Source: Acidobacteriota bacterium
GTDB lineage: Bacteria > Acidobacteriota > Vicinamibacteria > Vicinamibacterales > SCN-69-37
Direction of reading: 5' to 3'
Length of the DNA: 46,753 bases
Assembly: GCA_024640135.1 (NCBI GenBank)
Contig: JAHEFO010000005.1
Coordinates: 1 to 46,753 of the forward strand
The position numbers and the translations under genes are program-made. The notes below the pieces were generated by a model. That model had not been told where the DNA came from and searched no databases. It saw only the letters and a list, made by a program, of their open reading frames with translations. Below, one piece after another: positions 39,275-46,753 of this stretch (the stretch's first letter is position 1; every line of letters starts with the position of its first letter).

Positions 39275-41008
39275 CTATTCGCCCGACCCGGTCCGCCTCG
39301 TCACCGTGATCTGCACCCGCCGGTTGCGTTGCTTGTCGACACTATTCTCGCTCATCACGGCCGGTTGCCGGCTGCCTTCTCCCCGGGACACCACTTCCAG
39401 AAACGTCGTGGCGGCCGGGGCGATCGAGACGCGGACGAAGTCGGCTCTGGCCTGGCTCAGCGGCACATTGGCGGCCTCGATCCCATCCGAATCAGTGTGC
39501 CCCACGACTTCGACCCGAAAACGCAGTCCGGTCACACCGGCGATCTGCTCCAACTGACGGGTCTCCTCTGCCAGGCGGCCCAGGGCCACCTCCTGGCCTG
39601 ACGTCAGCCGCGCCGCGCCGCTGATGAACAGGAGCGTCTGCCCTTCAATGGCATCGACCAGGCTCTGGATCTGCCCTGACAGCGCACCGGCCGCGTCAAG
39701 CGACGTCACGCCGGCGACCAGCGGCGCCAGGCGCGCGGCCTCCGCCACCCATTCGAGGGTCACCGCACCGTCCGCCGACAGCACGCCATCGCGTACCGTC
39801 AGCGTGACCCCCGGCGGTGGCCGCAGGGCGCTGGCGGCACGGGCCGCCACCAGGATCGGGTCAAGCGCATAGTAGGGGGTCCAAACGCCGTGCACGTCAT
39901 CGGACGGCAATCCGGTGTCCACCAGCAACTCCTGCGGATCGCGCGCGAGCGGATCACGAAGCCCGGAGACCGTGAAGCCGCCCCACGTCCGGTCGGAAGC
40001 CACCACGACAATGCCAGGCTCGGCGCGCAACGCCTCGAGGTAGGACGACCATCGCTCGGCCGTGCGCCATCGGAGCCCCGCCCACACGAGGATCCCCAGC
40101 AGGACGAGACCCGCGATGACCCAGGTGCTCCGGCTTCTCGGCGCAGTGTCGTCGGCACGGTACTCGGCCGACAGGCAGGTCTCGAGCGTCTGCTGGGTGC
40201 CCGCGAGGGCGCTGGCATCTCCGGTGAACGACTCCAGCACATCGCCGAATTGCAGGTGGATGGACTCGACGGCCTCCTGGAGCCGGCCGCGCAGCGAGGC
40301 GGGCGCGGATCCGCGAATCACCGCGGCCACGATGGCATGGGGCCCGGGCTCAATCCACACAGACAGATCGCCCACCTTGAGGGCTTCAAGGGAATCCGAC
40401 GATTCGACCCGGAACGAGTCCTGCACGAAATCCTTGATGGCTGTGAGCATGCCCGACACCATGTCGGCGTCCTGAACGGCCGCGTGCGCCGCCGACACGT
40501 GCTGGAGGAGCAGGCCGCTCTTGCGTTCGATCAGGAACACCTGCTCGACCCTGTACAGCAGTGTCTTGATGAGCACCAGTTCGGCGAACGATTTCCCGGT
40601 TCTCCACGCCTCCAGACGCCACTGGAGTGAGCGTCGCGACACGGCTTGTTCCAGTGTTCGATTGAGGCTTTCGACCATGCTGGCCAGGCCGGCGGACACA
40701 GCCTTGCGGATGGCCGGTCCCATCACCGGGAACAGCGCATCGGCCAGCGGCTTCGGGTTGCGCTGGACTGACGTCGTGATGGCCTTTTCGATTGGCGGCG
40801 TCAATGCTGCCGTGAAACGCGGATCCTGCGAGTGTTGCAGGAAGACGCGCGGCAGCACCTCGGCTACGTCGGCAGCGCGCTCCTCAGGATCGTCCAGGCG
40901 CGCCTGCAGATCCGCCAGTTGCTGCTGCTCGGGTCCAAGGAGTAACGTCCGAAGTTCTTCGAGGTCGGCTGCCGGCCCGGGATCGCCTGAATCGGCGCGG
41001 TCATCCAC
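39275..41008 (-). CDS. Single-pass membrane protein: cytoplasmic helical and longin-like domains, periplasmic BON-like and OmpA-like domains
   Basis: TM at aa ~296-312; C-terminal VVGHTDSDG..N..LSQARA...NRRV OmpA_C signature; GTG start overlapping the upstream gene's end. Confidence 0.85.
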   Translation of the reverse strand: MDDRADSGDPGPAADLEELRTLLLGPEQQQLADLQARLDDPEERAADVAEVLPRVFLQHSQDPRFTAALTPPIEKAITTSVQRNPKPLADALFPVMGPAIRKAVSAGLASMVESLNRTLEQAVSRRSLQWRLEAWRTGKSFAELVLIKTLLYRVEQVFLIERKSGLLLQHVSAAHAAVQDADMVSGMLTAIKDFVQDSFRVESSDSLEALKVGDLSVWIEPGPHAIVAAVIRGSAPASLRGRLQEAVESIHLQFGDVLESFTGDASALAGTQQTLETCLSAEYRADDTAPRSRSTWVIAGLVLLGILVWAGLRWRTAERWSSYLEALRAEPGIVVVASDRTWGGFTVSGLRDPLARDPQELLVDTGLPSDDVHGVWTPYYALDPILVAARAASALRPPPGVTLTVRDGVLSADGAVTLEWVAEAARLAPLVAGVTSLDAAGALSGQIQSLVDAIEGQTLLFISGAARLTSGQEVALGRLAEETRQLEQIAGVTGLRFRVEVVGHTDSDGIEAANVPLSQARADFVRVSIAPAATTFLEVVSRGEGSRQPAVMSENSVDKQRNRRVQITVTRRTGSGE

Positions 41009-41597
41009 GTCGACCCTTGTCGGTGCCAGGAAGCTGCAGCTCGTTCGTGAGCCGCATGGCCATTTCGGTGAGCAGCGACGCCAGGATGGCTCGATCCGCC
41101 TTTTCGGTGCGGAGTTCCGTGGCTTCCTGCGTGAGCCGCGCCAGAACCTCGTCAGTCTTCTGCTGCAGCTCGTCAGTCATGCGCTTGTGCAAGTCGAGTG
41201 CCTGCTGGCGCAACTCCCGCTGCGCGCGGTCGATCTGGTCACCCAGTTGCCCGCTCTTCTTTTCGAACGTCTTGGTCGCTTCACGCGTCTCGCGGGCCAG
41301 GTCCTTGTCGGCGCTCGTGCGCTCGCTGTTTTCGGTCTTGATGCGTTCGCCGATCGACCCGGACTCCTGCTTGACAAACTGCTCGAGGGCGGCGAGGCGC
41401 TTCCGCACGTCCTCCTTCATCGCGCTTGTTTCCTTCAGCAGGCGCTCCTCGAGCCGCACGAAGCGGCGCTCGTAATCGCGCATCTGACCGCCGAACAGGA
41501 TGTCGCGGACCTTGTCGATGTTTCCGGCGCCCAGATCGTCCGAGGGCGTAGCGGCCGGCTTCTTCTTGGATTTTGCTCGGTCGGTCTTGGTGGCCAC
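41001..41597 (-). CDS. Coiled-coil hypothetical protein (198 aa)
   Basis: GTG 41597 with GAGGA RBS; NIDKVRDILFG, then charged heptad-like helices. Confidence 0.8.
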   Translation of the reverse strand: MATKTDRAKSKKKPAATPSDDLGAGNIDKVRDILFGGQMRDYERRFVRLEERLLKETSAMKEDVRKRLAALEQFVKQESGSIGERIKTENSERTSADKDLARETREATKTFEKKSGQLGDQIDRAQRELRQQALDLHKRMTDELQQKTDEVLARLTQEATELRTEKADRAILASLLTEMAMRLTNELQLPGTDKGRRG

Positions 41598-41722
41598 GAT
41601 GGGTATCCTCTGTGCTGCGATGTCGTCACACCCGGTCCCGGGTCCCGATCCCGGATCCCAAAACAAATATCACACCGGCTCGAACGCGTGATCCCAGTGC
41701 GCCCTGACAAGGCGTGACGACC

Positions 41723-42064
41723 TCAGGCCACGCCGAGCAGTTCCACCTCGAAGACCAGCGTCGCATTCGGCGGGATCACTCGCCCGGCGCCACGCGCTCC
41801 GTAGGCGAACTCAGGCGGCAGCACCAACCGGCGATGTCCACCGACCTTCATTCCCTGGACGCCCTGATCCCAGCCTCGAATGACCTGTCCCGCGCCGATC
41901 CTGAACGAGAAGGGGCCCCTGCCAATCGAGGAATCGAACTGGGCGCCTTTGTTCTCGGGCCCGCTCTCCGAGTAGAGCCATCCGGTGTAGTTCACAGTGG
42001 CGGTCTGGCCCGTCATCGCCATCGCCCCGGTGCCGTCCTGCAGGTCCGTCTGAGAATACGTCAT
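41723..42064 (-). CDS. FKBP-type peptidyl-prolyl cis-trans isomerase
   Basis: VNYTGWL, FDSS, VIRGWDQG, AYG...IPPNATLVFEVELL. Confidence 0.95.
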   Translation of the reverse strand: MTYSQTDLQDGTGAMAMTGQTATVNYTGWLYSESGPENKGAQFDSSIGRGPFSFRIGAGQVIRGWDQGVQGMKVGGHRRLVLPPEFAYGARGAGRVIPPNATLVFEVELLGVA

Positions 42065-42069
42065 CCTCC

Positions 42070-42660
42070 CTACCTCCCCACCTTGCCGATCATCCGCATG
42101 ATGTCATCCAGGGGATTGCCGTCGCCGTCCAGATCCAACATCGACGCGAGTCCGCTGCCCGATTTGGCGCCGGCTCCGGAGGCGCTGCCTCCAAGCAATC
42201 CTCCCAACAGATCGCCGAGTCCGCCACCGGCCGGCGCCATCGGTGCCTGGGCGCCACCGCCCTGCTGCTTCGAAATGAAGCCACCGACGAGCATCGCCAG
42301 CATCGGCAACATCTTCTTGAGCACCGATGCATCGAGTCCCGACTGCGACGAGGCGTTTTTCGCCACCGCGCGGCTCACGTCCTTCGAACCGAAGATTTGC
42401 CCGAGCACGTCGTTACCGCGGGCCACATTCGTCGGCCTCGCCCCCAGCACGTCGTCGAGCAGCCCACCACCGCCGAGTTGACCGAGCAAACCGCCGAGCC
42501 CTTCCAGGCCGGAGGTCTGCTGCGCCTGTTTCTTGAACCCTCCGAGAACCGCCGGGCCCAGAGCTGCAGCGCCCTTCGCCGCATCGGCTTCGCTGACGCC
42601 GAGTTCCCGGGCGATTGATTGAAGGCCGCCCATCTGGGCAAGGATGTCTGAAAGCTGCAT
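42070..42660 (-). CDS. DUF937-like Gly-rich protein
   Basis: IARELGVSE, GNDVLGQIFGSKDVSR, LKKMLPMLA, LDLDGDGNPLDD. Confidence 0.8.
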   Translation of the reverse strand: MQLSDILAQMGGLQSIARELGVSEADAAKGAAALGPAVLGGFKKQAQQTSGLEGLGGLLGQLGGGGLLDDVLGARPTNVARGNDVLGQIFGSKDVSRAVAKNASSQSGLDASVLKKMLPMLAMLVGGFISKQQGGGAQAPMAPAGGGLGDLLGGLLGGSASGAGAKSGSGLASMLDLDGDGNPLDDIMRMIGKVGR

Positions 42661-42831
42661 TGTCGGCTCCTTTGGCTGGTCGTTTGGCGGTGTCGCCCTT
42701 CATGATTGCGTTTGGCACCGCGGACTGCAAGGACAATGGTGGAACACCGGGCTCTGCTGACCGCCGCCCCTGACGATCGGCGGAATCCGGTGACACTGAC
42801 AGAGTCGAAAGTGTGGCTCTACAATACTGGC

Positions 42832-45492
42832 GTGGATACGAAAGCCCCCCTTCGCCTTATTCTCGCGGCTGCGTTTCTTGCGGCCGCGTCGGCTGCGCCT
42901 GTGGCTCGCCAGTCGGCGCAGGCCACCTCCCCCGCAGAACGCCGTCAATCCTGGATTGACCACGTGGCCATGCGGGACGGGTCTGAGTTTCGCGGCATGC
43001 GCTGGCACGCGCTGGGACCGTCGCAGCAGGGATCGCGAATAGAAGCGATCGCGTTGTCACCGGGCGATCCAGCGACCATGTACGTAGGACCTGGCGGCGG
43101 CAACGTCTGGAAGACCACCAACAACGGAATCACATGGTCCCCAGTCTTCGACCATGAATCCGCATTCTCGATCGGCGACATCGCCGTCGCGCCGTCCGAC
43201 GAATCCATCGTCTGGGTCGGCACCGGAGAGGTGCAGCCAAGGCATAGCGGTCCGTCGTTTTCCGGGACCGGTGTGTTCAAGTCTTCCGACGCCGGGCAGA
43301 CGTGGACCAACCAGGGCCTCGGCGACACGCATCACATTGGCAAGGTCCTGATCCATCCGACCAATCCGGACCTCGTGTACGTGGCGGCCATGGGCCACTT
43401 CCGATCGGCCAACGACGAACGCGGCGTGTTCCGGACGACCGACGGCGGCCGAACTTGGAGCCGGTCGCTTTTTGTCAGCGACCAGACCGGCGTCATCGAT
43501 CTGGTGATGGATTCATCAGATCCCGACACGCTTCTTGCCTGGGCCTGGCAACTGACCGTGGACGGCGAGAGCGGCCCCCAGAGCGGGCTCTACAAAACGA
43601 CTGACGCGGGTGTGAGCTGGAAGAAGATCACGGCCGGATTACCGGCCGGTCCGATGGGGCGCGCGGGACTCGACATTGCGCCGAGCCGGCCCAACGTCAT
43701 GTACGCCTTTGTCGACAACTGGACGCCGGTGACGGGCGATGGCAACCGCTCCATCGTCGGTGGCGAAGTCTACCGCTCTGACGATCGCGGTGAGTCCTGG
43801 AAGAAGGCGAATACCGACGATACCTATGGCGTATTTGGCATCTTTGGATGGAAGTTTGCCGATGTGCGCATATCGCCCATCGACGAGAACGAGCTCTACA
43901 TCCTTGGCAACCGGATGTTCCGTTCCACCGACGGCGGCAAGACCTTCACGCGCATCGGCGAAACGATTCGACGGGTCAACAATACGCCCGGCGAAACAAT
44001 GCACCTCGATCACCATGAACTCGTGATCGACCCCAGGAATCCAGCGCGCCTGATCCTGGGCAACGATGGCGGCGTGTTCATCTCACACGACAAGGGCGCC
44101 ACCTGGCTCCATCTCAACAACATTCCGATCGGCCAGTTCTACTTCGTCACGGTTGATGACGGAGATCCCTATCGCATTTATGCCGGGTCACAGGACACCG
44201 GCGCGCTCGTGGGGCCATCGACGTATCGCTACGCCGCCGATCCGGTTGCGACTGATGCGTGGCGCTACATCTGGCTCGATCAGTGGACCGGCGGCGATGC
44301 ATTTACGACGCTTCCGGACCCCACCCATCCAGGGCTGGTGTACTACGAGCACCAGAATGGCGCGATGCGGCGCATCGACATGTCGGTCGGAAATCCCTAC
44401 TCCGGGGGACCGGCGACCGAAGTGGTTCGGCCGCGTCCGGCCGACGGTGATCCTCCGGTGCGCTTCAGCTGGTTCACGCCGTATCTCATCTCGCATCACG
44501 ACCCGCACACCTTGTATGCCGCGGGCAACGTCGTGTTCAAGACCACCGACCGGGCGGCGACCTGGCGCCGGATCAGTCCCGACCTCGGCGAGCCGGGAAG
44601 CACCGAACGCGCGATGGTGCCGACCGGCGCGATCACGACGCTGAGCGAGTCGAGACTGAAGGCAGGCGTCCTCTATGCCGGCACTGAGGGTGGCAAGGTC
44701 TGGGTGACCCAGGACGATGGTGAACAGTGGGCCGAGATCACGGCAGGCCTGAGAGACAGCAAGTGGGTCACGCGCGTAGTGGCGTCTGAGCATGATGAGG
44801 CGGTGGTCTACGCCGCTCAGAGCGGGTACCGGCAGGACGACTTCAGGTCGTACATCTTCCGATCGGCCGATCACGGCACCACGTGGCAATCGATTGCCAA
44901 CGGCCTGCCTGCCGAGCCCGTCAACGTCATCATTGAGGACCCGACATCACCCTCCATTCTCTACGTGGGGACGGATCTGGGTGTCTACGTCACGCTGGAC
45001 GCCGGCCGGTCCTGGCAATCGCTCGTCGCGGATCTCCCCAGCACGCCCGTCTACGACCTTGTTGTTCATCGGCGGGAAGGCGAACTGATCGCCGCGACAC
45101 ATGGGCGGGGGCTCTTCCTTCTGGATGTGCGGCCGGTTCAGGCGAGTGCGGCGGCCACTTCCGGGCCCGGACTTACCGTGTTCCCGGTACGTCCCGTCCG
45201 ACTGACCTGGCACGTGCGGCGTGAAGTGCCCCCGCAGCCCCCTCGGGGAATCGCGGAAATCCACTACCGAGTGGCTGCGGGCGGCGATGTGCAGATGATC
45301 GTTCGAGACGGACAGGGACGCGTGGTCAGGACCCTGGCCGGTCGCGCCGTGCCGGGCGTCAATGTCCTCGAGTGGGACGCGCGCAATGATGCCGGCCGGG
45401 ACATGGCCCCTGGCACCTACCAGGTGGAGGTCAGCTCGGCAGGGATGCAGGCAACCACGATGGTGGAGTTGTTGCCAGTGGAGCCGCGCTAG
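42832..45492 (+). CDS. Second secreted BNR/Asp-box (VPS10-like) beta-propeller protein
   Basis: Signal peptide after GTG 42832, Asp-box repeats, HLDHH, ATHGRG, FlgD-Ig-like tail; TACAAT ends 6 nt before the start. Confidence 0.85.
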   Translation: MDTKAPLRLILAAAFLAAASAAPVARQSAQATSPAERRQSWIDHVAMRDGSEFRGMRWHALGPSQQGSRIEAIALSPGDPATMYVGPGGGNVWKTTNNGITWSPVFDHESAFSIGDIAVAPSDESIVWVGTGEVQPRHSGPSFSGTGVFKSSDAGQTWTNQGLGDTHHIGKVLIHPTNPDLVYVAAMGHFRSANDERGVFRTTDGGRTWSRSLFVSDQTGVIDLVMDSSDPDTLLAWAWQLTVDGESGPQSGLYKTTDAGVSWKKITAGLPAGPMGRAGLDIAPSRPNVMYAFVDNWTPVTGDGNRSIVGGEVYRSDDRGESWKKANTDDTYGVFGIFGWKFADVRISPIDENELYILGNRMFRSTDGGKTFTRIGETIRRVNNTPGETMHLDHHELVIDPRNPARLILGNDGGVFISHDKGATWLHLNNIPIGQFYFVTVDDGDPYRIYAGSQDTGALVGPSTYRYAADPVATDAWRYIWLDQWTGGDAFTTLPDPTHPGLVYYEHQNGAMRRIDMSVGNPYSGGPATEVVRPRPADGDPPVRFSWFTPYLISHHDPHTLYAAGNVVFKTTDRAATWRRISPDLGEPGSTERAMVPTGAITTLSESRLKAGVLYAGTEGGKVWVTQDDGEQWAEITAGLRDSKWVTRVVASEHDEAVVYAAQSGYRQDDFRSYIFRSADHGTTWQSIANGLPAEPVNVIIEDPTSPSILYVGTDLGVYVTLDAGRSWQSLVADLPSTPVYDLVVHRREGELIAATHGRGLFLLDVRPVQASAAATSGPGLTVFPVRPVRLTWHVRREVPPQPPRGIAEIHYRVAAGGDVQMIVRDGQGRVVRTLAGRAVPGVNVLEWDARNDAGRDMAPGTYQVEVSSAGMQATTMVELLPVEPR

Positions 45493-45538
45493 TGGCCTGA
45501 CACCGAAGGCATGGTGCAGAGGCAGACGCGATTGTCGC

Positions 45539-45853
45539 TCACCCGCCGAACGACTTCTGCCCGCCGACTGTCAGCGTCCAATCCGACTCCAACTGCGGAC
45601 CATCCAGATTCTGATAGATCGGAAGCAGCGCTTCGATCGCCAGACGGTGGCCACGAAGGCTGCCACTGCCGGACAGGTTGAGGCCGAGGCCAACGCTCGC
45701 CCGTGTCCCGCCGCGCAGAGACGGATTCGCCGTCGGCACCATCGCCGGGTTGAGCGCGGGGTCGGCACCGTGGATGGTGCCCCAGCGATTCAGTTCCCCC
45801 CTGAACGACAGGCCCGGTAACCGCCGGCACACTCCAAGGCGCCCTGACGTCAT
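45539..45853 (-). pseudogene. C-terminal remnant of an outer-membrane beta-barrel 'transporter'-type gene
   Basis: VPTANPSLRGG...GLGLNL...HRLAIEALLPIYQNLDGPQLESDWTLTVGGQKSF amphipathic strands; no signal peptide, only ~100 aa. Confidence 0.6.
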
Positions 45854-46752
45854 GCTTTCAGCGCATAGAGCAGGTCGCGCTTCAGGTCGGACAGGTGCTC
45901 GAGACCCACTGAGGCCCGGATCAGCCCCGCGGTCACGCCCAGCGCCTCCAACTCTGCCGGCGGAACGTCGGCATGGGTCATGGCCATCGGGTGCTCCACC
46001 AGGCTCTCGGTGCCACCCAGCGACACCGCCAGCCGGAACACCTCGAACCGGTCGAGGATTGCGAAGGCCGTCTCCTCCCCGCCGTCCACCTCGAAGGCAA
46101 TCAGCGAGCCCGCGCCGGTGCACTGACGATGGAATAGCGCGTGCTGGGGCGAGCCCTCTTCAAGCTGTGACGGGTGCAATACCCGAATCACACGCGGATG
46201 CTCGGCGAGCACTTCCGCCAGGACCCGGGCGCTCTTGGCTTGCCGGCGCATGCGCACCGACACCGTCTCGAGCGAGCGCAGCAGCAGCCAGCCGTTGAAC
46301 GGCGTCGTGATTGTGCCGAGAATCGTGCGCAAGTCCTTGATCGGCCCAACCAGAGACGCGGGACCGGTGAGCACACCGGCCACCAGATCGCTGTGCCCGC
46401 CCAGAAACTTGGTCGCCGAGTAGACAACCAGGTCGGCACCCAGGGGCGCAGGACGCTGAAAGACCGGTCCCAGCAACGTGTTGTCCACAACGACAACCGC
46501 GCCAGGGCCCTCGCGTCCTGGCGACAGTTCGCGCGCCAGCTTCGCGACTGCGGCGATATCAGTGTGAACCAGGTTGGGGTTCGCCGGCGTCTCGACGAAG
46601 ATCACTTTGACACGCTCTGCGCCCACGTCGATCGCCGCCGCGCGCAGGGCGTCAGGTGCGCCGTCTCCCGCAGGCACGAAACGCGCCTCCACGCCAAAGC
46701 GCGCCAGCACGTGCGTGAACAGATAGTGCGTGCCGCCGTACACGGGCGAGGT
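45850..46752 (-). CDS. Cys/Met metabolism PLP-dependent enzyme (cystathionine gamma-synthase / methionine gamma-lyase family), 5' truncated
   Basis: YGGT, ETPANP, VDNT, SATKFLGGHSD (PLP Lys), LAVSLGGTESL, RASVGLE. Confidence 0.92.
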   Translation of the reverse strand, partial: TSPVYGGTHYLFTHVLARFGVEARFVPAGDGAPDALRAAAIDVGAERVKVIFVETPANPNLVHTDIAAVAKLARELSPGREGPGAVVVVDNTLLGPVFQRPAPLGADLVVYSATKFLGGHSDLVAGVLTGPASLVGPIKDLRTILGTITTPFNGWLLLRSLETVSVRMRRQAKSARVLAEVLAEHPRVIRVLHPSQLEEGSPQHALFHRQCTGAGSLIAFEVDGGEETAFAILDRFEVFRLAVSLGGTESLVEHPMAMTHADVPPAELEALGVTAGLIRASVGLEHLSDLKRDLLYALKA

Positions 46753-46753
46753 G

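Noticed and set aside
41723-42660. DUF937 and FKBP as members of the GTPase operon
   Set aside because: Same strand, but separated by a 125-nt gap with its own AT-rich patch, and both families are widespread; no evidence of functional linkage.
35481-45492. VPS10-like, Rab-like and longin-like genes as one 'vesicle trafficking' cluster
   Set aside because: The beta-propeller genes are on the opposite strand and belong to a common multi-copy family in such genomes; adjacency is probably coincidental.

Overview
A GC-rich bacterial chromosomal segment. Gene content and protein style suggest Acidobacteriota, probably Vicinamibacteria; this is inference, not a database result. Most of the window is housekeeping: a MacB-like permease end; a peptidoglycan recycling/synthesis operon (nagZ-ldcA-mpl-murB-murA) divergent from a GHMP sugar kinase; ffh-rpsP-khpA-rimM-trmD-rplS-rnhB; gpsA-ftsY-ribD-ribE-ribBA; RDD-pgpA-cinA; a formiminotransferase; nrdR-DUF4390-ntrY-ntrX; purC with a Fis-like gene; and CIRCE-controlled groES-groEL. 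The last 13 kb is accessory. It holds an M24 peptidase, two BNR/VPS10-like beta-propeller proteins, DUF937, FKBP, a beta-barrel remnant and a Cys/Met PLP lyase. The most notable item is a four-gene minus-strand operon at 38117-41597. It encodes a coiled-coil protein, a single-pass membrane protein with a cytoplasmic longin-like domain and a periplasmic OmpA-like peptidoglycan-binding domain, a Rab/Ras-like small GTPase, and a PAS-like protein ending in a His-less pseudo-HisKA hairpin. Together these look like a bacterial trans-envelope small-GTPase signalling module. I recognised no rRNA, tRNA, CRISPR array or mobile element. All calls come from reading motifs by eye; no searches were run.
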